49,989 nt of DNA from Natronohydrobacter sp. (GTDB taxonomy: Bacteria > Pseudomonadota > Alphaproteobacteria > Rhodobacterales > Rhodobacteraceae): contig SKRP01000134.1 of assembly GCA_007118445.1 (NCBI GenBank), positions 1-49,989 of the forward strand, read 5' to 3'. The notes below the pieces were generated by a model that saw nothing but the letters and a program-made list of their open reading frames with translations, ran no database searches and was not told where the DNA came from. Positions 38,970-47,828 of this stretch are shown in pieces (positions within the stretch are counted from its first letter, which is position 1; each line of letters opens with the position of its first letter). The position numbers and the translations under genes were made by a program.

Positions 38970-40181
38970 TTACACGCGCTCGATGATCGTGGCCGCACCC
39001 ATGCCCGAGGCCACGCACAGCGTCGCAAGCCCGGTGCCCTTGCCCGTGCGTTCCAGCTCGTCAAGCAGCGTGCCGATGATCATCGCGCCCGTGGCCCCCA
39101 GCGGATGGCCCATCGCAATCGCCCCGCCATTCACATTCACGCGGTCGCTGTCGACATCGAAAGCCTGCATGAAGCGCAATACGACCGAGGCGAAAGCTTC
39201 ATTAACTTCGAACAGATCAATATCGGAAATCTGCATCCCGCTGTCGCGCAGGATCTTTTCTGTGGCAGGCACGGGGCCGGTCAGCATGATCGTCGGGTCG
39301 GTGCCGATCTTGGCTGTGGCCTTGATCCTTGCTCTTGGTTTCAAACCATATTTCTCACCAAACTCTTTCGAGCCGATCAGAACCCCCGCCGCGCCATCGA
39401 CAATGCCCGAGGAATTGCCTGCATGATGGATATGTTCGATATGTTCAAGATGTGGATATTTCATGAGCGCGATCTTGTCGAAACCGGGCATCACCTCGCC
39501 CATATCCTTGAAGGCCGGTTTCAGACCGCCAAGGCTCTGCATATCTGTGCCGGGGCGGATGTACTCATCGCGGTCCAGAATGGTCAGCCCGTTGATATCC
39601 GTGACCGGAACCACTGAGCGCGCAAAGCGACCCTCTTCCCAAGCCGTGACCGCGCGCTTCTGGCTCTCGACCGCCAGCGCATCCGCCATGTCGCGGGTGA
39701 AACCGTATTCCGTAGCGATAATATCCGCCGCTATCCCCTGGGGCACGAAATAGCGCTCCATCGCGACCGAGGGATCGACCGCCACCGCCGCCCCGTCCGA
39801 GCCCATCGCGACGCGGCTCATCATCTCTACCCCGCCTGCGACATAGGCCATGCCAGCCCCACCGCGCACCTGATTGGCAGCAATATTCACGGCCTCCATT
39901 CCAGATGCGCAGAACCGGTTGATCGCCAGCCCCGGCACCTGCTCGTCGAAATCCGACGCCATCACGGCGGTCCGCGCAAGGCACCCGCCCTGCTCGCCCA
40001 CCTGGGTTACATTGCCCCAGATCACATCCTCGATCGCCACCGTGTCCAGATCATTGCGCGCCTTGAGGGCATTCAAGACGCCCGCCGAGAGACGCACCGC
40101 TGTCACCTCATGCAGGCTGCCATCAGCGCGCCCCTTGCCGCGCGGCGTGCGGATCGCGTCGAAAATATATGCTTCACTCAT
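38970..40181 (-). CDS. Acetyl-CoA C-acyltransferase (thiolase)
   Basis: RTPRG, NRFCASG, NEAFA, GGAIAMGHPLGATG and LCVASGMG. Confidence 0.95.
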   Translation of the reverse strand: MSEAYIFDAIRTPRGKGRADGSLHEVTAVRLSAGVLNALKARNDLDTVAIEDVIWGNVTQVGEQGGCLARTAVMASDFDEQVPGLAINRFCASGMEAVNIAANQVRGGAGMAYVAGGVEMMSRVAMGSDGAAVAVDPSVAMERYFVPQGIAADIIATEYGFTRDMADALAVESQKRAVTAWEEGRFARSVVPVTDINGLTILDRDEYIRPGTDMQSLGGLKPAFKDMGEVMPGFDKIALMKYPHLEHIEHIHHAGNSSGIVDGAAGVLIGSKEFGEKYGLKPRARIKATAKIGTDPTIMLTGPVPATEKILRDSGMQISDIDLFEVNEAFASVVLRFMQAFDVDSDRVNVNGGAIAMGHPLGATGAMIIGTLLDELERTGKGTGLATLCVASGMGAATIIERV

Positions 40182-40257
40182 CTCGTTCCCTCCCGTTTCG
40201 GGTCAGTCTTTCTGTCTCTCGCCAGCCGCGTCACATGCGGACGCAACCGAAGTGTTT

Positions 40258-40281
40258 GAGTATTTTTTGCAAGATGAAACA
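40258..40281 (-). repeat. Dispersed repeat core, copy D (short form)
   Basis: Minus strand TGTTTCATCTTGCAAAAAATACTC, continuing AAACAC. Confidence 0.75.
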
Positions 40282-40415
40282 TGGGGTCTTCACCAAGCAT
40301 TAAGGTTAAGCTGCTATCTTCGGAGATGCGGTACAGGCTGGAGAGCCGATGACCGCGCAAGGTGAAGCCGCCCTGTCCTGATGACGCCGGGTGCCGAGGG
40401 GCAGGGCGCATTGCC

Positions 40416-40450
40416 TGTTTCATCTTGCCCCAAATACTCTCGCCGAAGGC
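40416..40450 (+). repeat. Dispersed repeat core, copy C (short form with GCC-GAA-GGC mini-hairpin)
   Basis: TGTTTCATCTTGCCCCAAATACTCTCGCCGAAGGC. Confidence 0.75.
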
Positions 40451-40459
40451 GGCCCGCGT

Positions 40460-40672
40460 TCATTTCTTGCGCGCCTCAAGCTCGGAATTGAACAACCGCA
40501 ACCTGTGTCCGAGATTGTCCGCATCTGTCACGGACTCGAAATTCTCGAAAAGAAAGGACAGCGCCTCGCCCTCGTCCAACCCGGCTTCTTGCGCGAAGCG
40601 GCGCAGGCGGCGAAAACCGTCTTCGGTCATGGCGACATTGAAACGGCGGGTCAGGCGGAAGCGTTTGGGCAT
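40460..40672 (-). CDS. Small hypothetical protein (70 aa), ribbon-helix-helix-like
   Basis: GAGGA RBS; RRFNVAMTEDGFRRLRRFAQEAGLDEGEALSFLFE has a beta-alpha-alpha pattern. Confidence 0.75.
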   Translation of the reverse strand: MPKRFRLTRRFNVAMTEDGFRRLRRFAQEAGLDEGEALSFLFENFESVTDADNLGHRLRLFNSELEARKK

Positions 40673-40693
40673 GGTCAGTCCTCATATTGGTCA

Positions 40694-40717
40694 AGGGGCC
40701 GGTTTGATCCGGCCCCT
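40694..40717 (-). terminator. Hairpin after the acyl-CoA dehydrogenase (weak terminator or mRNA stabiliser)
   Basis: AGGGGCCGG-TTTGAT-CCGGCCCCT; poor U-tract. Confidence 0.4.
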
Positions 40718-40727
40718 GTTTATGCGA

Positions 40728-42503
40728 TCAAAACTGCTCTGCGCCGAGTGCCATGACAGTGTCGCCACCGCTCTGGATCCGGGCCAGATGCATTGCGGTC
40801 GCAGGCAATTGGCGGGCCATATAGTAGCGCCCGGTGGCGATCTTGGCATCAAGGAAATCCCGGTCTGACGCCCCGCCATCCAGCGCCGCATAGGCCGCTT
40901 TCGCCATGCGCGCCCACATCAGCCCCAGGCAGACATGGCCAAAGAGATGCATGAAATCACTCGATCCGGACAGGGCGTCATTGGGCGATTTCATGCCGCG
41001 TTCCATGAAATACATGCCCGCCGCCTGCAGGTCTTTCGACGCAGCCTTGAGCGGGACGAGGAAGCCCTCCAGCCGCGCGTCCCCTTCATTTTCCTTCAGG
41101 AAGGTTTTTACCAACTCGAAGAATGCCATCACATGCTTGCCGCCATCCTGCGCGAGCTTTCGGCCCACCAAATCGAGCGCCTGCACGCCATTCGCGCCCT
41201 CGTAGATCATGGCGATCCGGGCATCACGCGCGAATTGGGACATGCCCCATTCCTCGATATAGCCATGCCCGCCATAGACCTGCTGGGACTGAACGCACAT
41301 CTCGAAGCCCTTGTCGGTCAGGAAGCCCTTGATCACAGGGGTCAGCAGCGAGATCAGCCCGTCCGCATCCTTGTCGCCCATCCGGTGCGCGCGGTCGATC
41401 AGGCTGGCACCCCAGAGCGTGAAAGCGCGCGCGCCCTCAACAAAGCTCTTCTGGTCCATCAGCATCCGCCGGATATCGGGGTGCACGATCAGCGGATCGG
41501 CCGGGCCATCGGGGTTTTTCACACCCGTCACATCGCGCCCCTGCAGACGGTCCACAGCGTAAGCCAGCGCATTCTCATAGGCCACAGCGGCCTGCGCATA
41601 GCCTTGCAGGCCGACACCGATGCGGGCCTCATTCATCATGGTGAACATGGCGCGCATACCCTTGTGCAACTCGCCGATCAGATAGCCGGTCGCACCGTCA
41701 TAATTCATTACGCAGGTCGAATTGCCGTGGATGCCCATCTTCTCTTCGATCTTGCCGACCGAGACCGCGTTGCGCGCGCCAAGGCTGCCATCTTCATTGA
41801 CCATGAATTTCGGCACGATGAACAGCGAGATGCCCTTGGTGCCCTCGCCCCCGCCCGGTGCCTTGGCCAGCACCAGATGGATGACATTCTCGGCCATGTC
41901 GTGATCGCCCGCCGAGATGAAGATCTTCTGCCCGGTGATCTTGTAGCTGCCATCGCCCGAGGGTTCGGCCTTGGTGCGCATCATGCCCAGATCCGTCCCG
42001 CAATGCGGCTCGGTCAGGTTCATCGTGCCGGTCCAGTCGAGCGCGACCATCTTGGGCAGATATGTCGCCTTCTGGTCGTCCGAGCCATGCGCGAGGATCG
42101 CCGAAATCGCGCCATGCGTCAGACCCTGATACATGTTCAGCGCCATGTTGGCTGACACAAAAATCTCGCCCACCGCCGAGCCCATCAGATAGGGCAGATT
42201 CTGGCCGCCGAAATCTTCCGGAATATCCAGCCCGTTCCAGCCCCCGGCCTTGATCTGCTCGAACGCGGCCTTGAACCCTTCGGGCGTGTAGACCACGCCG
42301 TTTTCCAGCCGGCAGCCCTGGCTGTCACCAACGGCATTCAACGGCGCGAGCACGTCTTGCGCCAGTTTCGCCGCTTCCTCGATCACCGCCGAGGTGAAAT
42401 CCGCCTCCAGATCGCCATATCCCGGCACGTCTGACGCGCTGACCTGTAGCAGATCATGCAGAACGAAATGCAGGTCCTTGGTGGGGGCTGTATAGCTTGG
42501 CAT
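40728..42503 (-). CDS. Acyl-CoA dehydrogenase (long, DmdC-like subfamily)
   Basis: [41 protein letters not shown] and [13 protein letters not shown]. Confidence 0.93.
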   Translation of the reverse strand: MPSYTAPTKDLHFVLHDLLQVSASDVPGYGDLEADFTSAVIEEAAKLAQDVLAPLNAVGDSQGCRLENGVVYTPEGFKAAFEQIKAGGWNGLDIPEDFGGQNLPYLMGSAVGEIFVSANMALNMYQGLTHGAISAILAHGSDDQKATYLPKMVALDWTGTMNLTEPHCGTDLGMMRTKAEPSGDGSYKITGQKIFISAGDHDMAENVIHLVLAKAPGGGEGTKGISLFIVPKFMVNEDGSLGARNAVSVGKIEEKMGIHGNSTCVMNYDGATGYLIGELHKGMRAMFTMMNEARIGVGLQGYAQAAVAYENALAYAVDRLQGRDVTGVKNPDGPADPLIVHPDIRRMLMDQKSFVEGARAFTLWGASLIDRAHRMGDKDADGLISLLTPVIKGFLTDKGFEMCVQSQQVYGGHGYIEEWGMSQFARDARIAMIYEGANGVQALDLVGRKLAQDGGKHVMAFFELVKTFLKENEGDARLEGFLVPLKAASKDLQAAGMYFMERGMKSPNDALSGSSDFMHLFGHVCLGLMWARMAKAAYAALDGGASDRDFLDAKIATGRYYMARQLPATAMHLARIQSGGDTVMALGAEQF

Positions 42504-42538
42504 GGTTTCTCTCCCGTAAATCCTGACGCAATGCGCCG

Positions 42539-42937
42539 TTATTCTGCGGCCTTGGGGCGGTCGGCCTGTCGCAGCACGCCTTCGCCCCAGGCGAGTTCCT
42601 GTTTCAGATCGGCAATCGCTTCGGTCAGCTCATCGCGCTGGCGCTCCATATCGGCCAGACGCGCGCGAGCGATGTCATAGGTCTTGCGCAACTGCTTCAA
42701 TTCGCTGTCGTCGCGGTCATACATTTCCAGAAGCTGGCGGATTTCTTCCAGGCTGAACCCGAAGCGCTTCCCGCGCAGGATCAGTTTCAGCCGCGCCTGA
42801 TCGCGGCGCGTGAACAGCCGGTGCTGCCCGTCACGATGCGGGGACAGCAATTCCTTGGCTTCATAGAAGCGCAAAGTGCGCGGAGTAACGCCGAATTCGG
42901 CGCACATCTCGCGGATGGTCTTGGTGTCTTTGGGCAT
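42539..42937 (-). CDS. MerR-family regulator, LiuR-like
   Basis: [23 protein letters not shown] and [18 protein letters not shown]; GGAGG RBS. Confidence 0.9.
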   Translation of the reverse strand: MPKDTKTIREMCAEFGVTPRTLRFYEAKELLSPHRDGQHRLFTRRDQARLKLILRGKRFGFSLEEIRQLLEMYDRDDSELKQLRKTYDIARARLADMERQRDELTEAIADLKQELAWGEGVLRQADRPKAAE

Positions 42938-43000
42938 GTTGCATACCTCCGAACAGGGGCGCAGGGCGGGCCAATGCGTCTGACAGGGAAGATATGCATC

Positions 43001-43055
43001 TTGACGTGAACGTAAAGTTAAACGCAACGTCAGAAATTCCGGCGACGTTGCGTTT
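43001..43055. promoter_or_regulatory. LiuR-type operator array
   Basis: TTGACGTGAACGTAAA (43001-43016), adjacent degenerate TTAAACGCAACGTCAG, and a 12-bp inverted repeat at 43020-43031/43044-43055. Confidence 0.7.
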
Positions 43056-43056
43056 C

Positions 43057-43431
43057 TCAGGTCTTTGGCAGCAATTCCGCCGCCTCGGCGCGCAGTTTTT
43101 CCAGATCGGCGATGGTCAGTTCCAGCTCGCGCGCCTGTTCGCGCAGCGCGACAAGCTGCCGGTCCGCCATGGCAAGCCAGGCGCGCAGCTGCGGCTCAGT
43201 GCCTTCTTTCTGATAGATTTCAAGCCATTGGCGGATTTCTTCCAGGCTGAAACCGAATCTGCGCCCGCGCATGATCAGCGTCATCCGCGCCACTTCGCGC
43301 GGAGTATAGAAGCGGTTGCGCCCTTCCTTTTCAGGCTGCAGCAATTCGATATACTCATAGTAGCGCAGGGTCCGCGGCGTGACATCGAACTTCGCGCACA
43401 TTTCCTTGAAACTCAGACGGTTATCGCTCAT
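43057..43431 (-). CDS. MerR-family regulator, LiuR paralogue
   Basis: SFKEMCAKFDVTPRTLRYYE and [22 protein letters not shown]. Confidence 0.9.
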   Translation of the reverse strand: MSDNRLSFKEMCAKFDVTPRTLRYYEYIELLQPEKEGRNRFYTPREVARMTLIMRGRRFGFSLEEIRQWLEIYQKEGTEPQLRAWLAMADRQLVALREQARELELTIADLEKLRAEAAELLPKT

Positions 43432-43567
43432 GGCTGCGCTGCTCCCCGATATCGCGGCAAGCACATGCTAATCCGCCGCGCTGGCAGATGCAATTCGCGC
43501 AAGCTGCCTTGCCATTCCCACCATTTCAGGCGCAGATACGGCAAAAGCTGCAGGAAAGGGCCACCGG

Positions 43568-43987
43568 ATGCCAGAGCTTGACCCACAGGATTTCATCAAC
43601 GCCCTGCCCTTCGCACGGGCGCTTGGCATGCGGCTCGATCACATTGGCGAAGGGCATGCACAGATTTCGATGGATTGGGACGCGCGCTTTGTCGGGGATC
43701 CGGCGACCGGGGTCATTCATGGCGGCGCAGTTTCGGCGCTGATGGATACCTGCGGCGGCGCAGCCGTGCTGTCCTATCCCGGCGCGTCGGGCACAGCAAC
43801 GATTGATCTGCGCATCGACTACATGCGCGCGGCCACGCCGGGCCAGCGGATCACAGGGCGGGCGGAATGCTATCATGTCACGCGCCGCGTGGCCTTCGTG
43901 CGCGCGACCGCCCATGACGAGGACAGCGCCAACCCCGTGGCCACAGCGACAGGGGCCTTCACCTTCGACCGCAAGGAGCAGCCATGA
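43568..43987 (+). CDS. PaaI-family thioesterase
   Basis: GVIHGGAVSALMDTCGG and ATIDLRIDYMR. Confidence 0.9.
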   Translation: MPELDPQDFINALPFARALGMRLDHIGEGHAQISMDWDARFVGDPATGVIHGGAVSALMDTCGGAAVLSYPGASGTATIDLRIDYMRAATPGQRITGRAECYHVTRRVAFVRATAHDEDSANPVATATGAFTFDRKEQP

Positions 43988-44487
43988 AAGCGCCCGAACC
44001 TGTCCAGCAGTTGAAACACCGTCGCGACACTGCGCTGGGGGCGCTGGTGGGGGCCATTCCCTATGCGGGGTTTCTCGGTATCCGGTTTGAGCGCCATGGC
44101 GATGAGCTGACAGCGGTCCTGCCTTATGACGACAAGCTGATCGGCAACCCGATCCTGCCTGCGATCCATGGCGGGGTCACGGCCTCGTTCCTCGAGGTCA
44201 CCGCGATCATCGAGCTGAGCTGGGCAATGCTCTGGGATGATCTGGAATCGGGCCGGTTGGCGCTTGACTCGATGACCGACAACCTGCCCCGACTGCCGAA
44301 AACCATCGATTTCACAGTCGATTACCTGCGCACTGGCCTGCCGCGCGATGCCTATGCCCGGGCCCGCGTCAACCGCTCGGGCCGACGCTATGCCTCTGTG
44401 CATGTCGAGGCCTGGCAAGACAATCGCGCGCGTCTGTTTGCGCAGGCGACCGGCCATTTCCTGATGCCGCAACGCAAGGATGGCTGA
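43984..44487 (+). CDS. PaaI-family thioesterase
   Basis: LIGNPILPAIHGG and PKTIDFTVDYLR; ATGA overlap with the upstream gene. Confidence 0.9.
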   Translation: MKAPEPVQQLKHRRDTALGALVGAIPYAGFLGIRFERHGDELTAVLPYDDKLIGNPILPAIHGGVTASFLEVTAIIELSWAMLWDDLESGRLALDSMTDNLPRLPKTIDFTVDYLRTGLPRDAYARARVNRSGRRYASVHVEAWQDNRARLFAQATGHFLMPQRKDG

Positions 44488-45811
44488 GACCGCCCCGAGC
44501 CACCGGCGCATCCTGAAAATCGCGGTGCCGATCGTGCTCGCGAATATCTCGGTCCCGCTGCTGGGGGCGGTGGATACCGGCGTTGTCGGGCAGATGGGGG
44601 CTGCGGCCCCGATTGGCGCAGTGGGGCTGGGGGCGATCATTCTGGCCTCGATCTACTGGATTTTCGGCTTTCTGCGCATGGGGACCACGGGTCTGGTGGC
44701 GCAGGCCACTGGCGCGGGCGATCTGGCGGAAAGCGGCGCGATCCTGACGCGCGGGGTGATGATCGGGCTGGCCGCCGGGGCCGTCATGGTGCTGGGGCAG
44801 GCTGCGATCACATGGGCCGCCTTCCGCATCGCACCCGCCAGCCCCGAGGTCGAGACGCTTGCCCGCGACTACCTAGCCATCCGCATCTGGGGCGCGCCTG
44901 CAACGATTGCGCTTTATGCGGTCAATGGCTGGCTGATCGCCACGGAACGCACGCGCGGGGTGCTGGTGCTGCAGTTGTGGATGAACGGGCTGAATATCGC
45001 GCTTGATCTGTGGTTCGTGCTGGGGCTGGGCTGGGGTGTGCAGGGGGTCGCGATTGCCACTTTGATTGCGGAACTCACGGCATTGGGGCTGGGCCTGTGG
45101 CTGTGCCGCGCAGCGTTTTCGGGCGCGCAATGGCGCGACTGGGCGCGGGTCTTTGACCGGGCCAAACTGCAGCGCATGTGGGTGGTCAATTCCGACATCA
45201 TGCTGCGCACGATTGCGCTGCAAGCGGCGATGACCGGGTTTCTGTTCGTCTCGGCCGGGTTTGGCGATGTCGAACTCGCCGCCAATCAGATCCTGTGGCA
45301 ATTCCTGATGGTCACAGCCTACGCACTGGACGGGTTCGCCTTCGCCGCCGAGGCGCTGGTCGGGCAATATGTCGGCGCGGCCTCGGTCGTGGGGATGCGC
45401 GCGGCCAGCCTGCAGGCGTCCCTCTGGGCAGTGGGCGCATCAGTGCTCATGGCGCTTGGGTTCTGGGCCTTGGGGCCGCTGGTGATCGATATCATGACCA
45501 CCGCGCCCGAGGTGCGCCTGGCCGCGCGCGATTTCCTGCCCTTCGTGGTCGCGCTCTGCCTGCTGGGCGTTGGGGCCTATATGTTTGACGGCATTTTCAT
45601 CGGCGCGACCGGCACGCGCGAGATGCGCAACACTGTGCTGCTGGCAGTGGCGATCTATGCGCTCTTTCTGTGGCTCGCAGTGCCGGTCTGGGGCAATGCG
45701 GCGCTCTGGTCGGGGCTGATGCTGCTCAATCTGCTCCGTGGGCTGTTTCTGGCAGCACTCTATCCGCAACTTGAACGCAGGGTGGCGCGCGCGGCCCCGG
45801 ACCAGGCCTGA
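44480..45811 (+). CDS. dinF: MATE-family efflux transporter, DinF-like
   Basis: VPLLGAVDT.VVG, FGFLRMGTTG, LNIALD and YALDGFAFAAE; about 12 TM segments. Confidence 0.9.
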   Translation: MAETAPSHRRILKIAVPIVLANISVPLLGAVDTGVVGQMGAAAPIGAVGLGAIILASIYWIFGFLRMGTTGLVAQATGAGDLAESGAILTRGVMIGLAAGAVMVLGQAAITWAAFRIAPASPEVETLARDYLAIRIWGAPATIALYAVNGWLIATERTRGVLVLQLWMNGLNIALDLWFVLGLGWGVQGVAIATLIAELTALGLGLWLCRAAFSGAQWRDWARVFDRAKLQRMWVVNSDIMLRTIALQAAMTGFLFVSAGFGDVELAANQILWQFLMVTAYALDGFAFAAEALVGQYVGAASVVGMRAASLQASLWAVGASVLMALGFWALGPLVIDIMTTAPEVRLAARDFLPFVVALCLLGVGAYMFDGIFIGATGTREMRNTVLLAVAIYALFLWLAVPVWGNAALWSGLMLLNLLRGLFLAALYPQLERRVARAAPDQA

Positions 45812-45886
45812 GCCGGGCGCGCAGCGCATGGCAAATCGCCGGCCCCGGAACACCGGCAGGGGCAAGCCCCGCCGCCTTGGATACAT

Positions 45887-45910
45887 CCTCTGTCAACCGC
45901 CTGACAGAGG
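45887..45910. promoter_or_regulatory. Perfect 9-bp inverted repeat (operator or hairpin) upstream of the T1SS genes
   Basis: CCTCTGTCA-ACCGCC-TGACAGAGG. Confidence 0.4.
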
Positions 45911-46022
45911 CTGACTTCCTGTCGGTCCTCAGGGCCCGCCAGACACAGGCCGGTGATAAGCAATTTCGTAACTCTTGCCCGATAGGGTCAGATGCAACTC
46001 TCATGCAACTGCCGGAATCGCC

Positions 46023-47828
46023 ATGTCCGGGTCGAAAGCCCATGTCCCTCCCAGCCTGTCGCAGGCAAGCCTGCTGACTGCGCCACAGCGACAATTGCTC
46101 TGGGCCATCGCCGGGATCAGTATCGTGACAAATCTACTGATGCTGACAGGCCCGGTTTTCATGCTGCAGATCTATGACCGTGTCCTGTCCAGCCGGTCTC
46201 AAGCCACGCTGATCGTGCTTCTGGTCCTTGTGGGCTTTCTCTATGCTGTTTTCGGCCTGCTCGATCACGCCCGCGCGCGCATCGCGGCCCGGCTGGGGGC
46301 GCAATTGCAACACCGGCTCGACCGCCCGGTTTTCGAAACAGCCCTGCGCCTGTCATCGCGGCGCGGCAGCGACCCGGCTGCAGCCGCCCGCGCGCCACAG
46401 GACCTGGCGCTGGTGCAGCAAACCGCCAGCGCCCCTGTCTTCATGGCGCTGTTCGATTTCCCCTGGGTCATTCTCTTCATCGGGGTCATCGCCCTGTTGC
46501 ATCCGCTGCTGGGGCTGTTCGCATTGGGGGCGGCGCTGACCCTCGTGCTGATCGGCGGGGCAGGCCACGCGCTGGGCCGCGCGCTTGCCGGGGCGGGCAC
46601 GCAGAGCAGCCAGCAGGCCGACACCCTTGCGCGGCAGATCGCCGATCATGCTGGGCAGATGCAGGCGCTGGGCATACGCGAGAATGCGCTCGGGCGCTGG
46701 CAGCAGATGCGCGAAACCACTCTGCGCAAGGGTCTGAGCGCGCTTGATCACACTGGTCGGTTTTCCGCCGCCACCCGCACACTGCGGCTGTTTCTGCAAT
46801 CGGCCCTGCTGGCCGCAGGGGCTTTGCTGGTGTTACAAGGCACACTCTCGCCCGGCGCAATGGTGGCGGCGACAATCATCCTGGGCCGCGCCCTCGCCCC
46901 GCTCGACCAGCTTGTCAGCGGCTGGCCGCAGGTCCAGGCCGCGCGGGCCGCGTTGCAGCGGCTGCGGGTGCTCTTGCAAAGCGCCGCCACCTCGGCTCCG
47001 TTGGTGCTGTTGTCACAGCCGAAAGCGGCGCTGGAAGTTGCCGGGCTGGGGCTGCGCGCGCCCGATGCGGGCGGACCGCGCAAGGCCGTGCTGCGCGATA
47101 TCAGCTTCAGCCTCGCCCCGGGTCAGTGCATGGCTGTCATCGGGCCCACAGCCGCAGGAAAATCCATGCTGGCCGCAGTGCTTTGCGGCGCGTTTCCCGC
47201 CGACATGGGCGAGATCCGCCTTGATGGGGCCCGGCTTGACCAGTATGACCCTGACCTGCGCAGGCGGGTCATCGGCTATCTGCCGCAACAACTGCGGCTG
47301 TTTGATGGCAATCTGCGCGACAATATCGCCCGGTTCGATCCCCAGGCGAAGGATGATCGCATTATTGCCGCCGCGCAGCAGGCCGGCGCGCATGAGATGA
47401 TACTGTCCTTGCCAAAGGGCTATGCGACAGTGCTGCGTGCCGACGGCAACGGTCTGTCCGGCGGGCAGATGCAGCGCATCGCGCTTGCACGTGCACTTTT
47501 TGATGACCCTGCACTTCTCGTGCTCGATGCACCGGACACCCATCTGGACGAGCCTGGCCTGCGGATCCTGAACACGGCCATTCGCCGCGCCCGCAAACGC
47601 GGTGCCTGTGTGCTGATCATGGCGCATCATCCGTCGGTTCTGGCCGAATGCGACCTGCTGTTGCGGCTTGATCGCGGTAGCATGGCCGGTTTTGGCCCGG
47701 TCGGGAAAGTGCTGCCTGCCACGACGCAGAACGCAACTGACCTGCTGCGCGAGCGGCCGCGCGTGCCCTCCGCCCCACGGCCACAGCCCTACCCATGGGA
47801 ATTGCAGCGTCTCGAGGCAGGACCATGA
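46023..47828 (+). CDS. Type I secretion ABC transporter (PrtD family) with degenerate Walker B
   Basis: LMLTGPVFMLQIYDRVL.SRS, ALFDFPW, GRALAP, IGYLPQ and LSGGQ.QRIALARA; Walker B reads LVLDAP. Confidence 0.9.
   Translation: MSGSKAHVPPSLSQASLLTAPQRQLLWAIAGISIVTNLLMLTGPVFMLQIYDRVLSSRSQATLIVLLVLVGFLYAVFGLLDHARARIAARLGAQLQHRLDRPVFETALRLSSRRGSDPAAAARAPQDLALVQQTASAPVFMALFDFPWVILFIGVIALLHPLLGLFALGAALTLVLIGGAGHALGRALAGAGTQSSQQADTLARQIADHAGQMQALGIRENALGRWQQMRETTLRKGLSALDHTGRFSAATRTLRLFLQSALLAAGALLVLQGTLSPGAMVAATIILGRALAPLDQLVSGWPQVQAARAALQRLRVLLQSAATSAPLVLLSQPKAALEVAGLGLRAPDAGGPRKAVLRDISFSLAPGQCMAVIGPTAAGKSMLAAVLCGAFPADMGEIRLDGARLDQYDPDLRRRVIGYLPQQLRLFDGNLRDNIARFDPQAKDDRIIAAAQQAGAHEMILSLPKGYATVLRADGNGLSGGQMQRIALARALFDDPALLVLDAPDTHLDEPGLRILNTAIRRARKRGACVLIMAHHPSVLAECDLLLRLDRGSMAGFGPVGKVLPATTQNATDLLRERPRVPSAPRPQPYPWELQRLEAGP

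Noticed and set aside
34208-42503. Calling the ligase and dehydrogenase dmdB/dmdC (DMSP demethylation)
   Set aside because: Cannot be separated by eye from general acyl-CoA enzymes; the context is generic beta-oxidation
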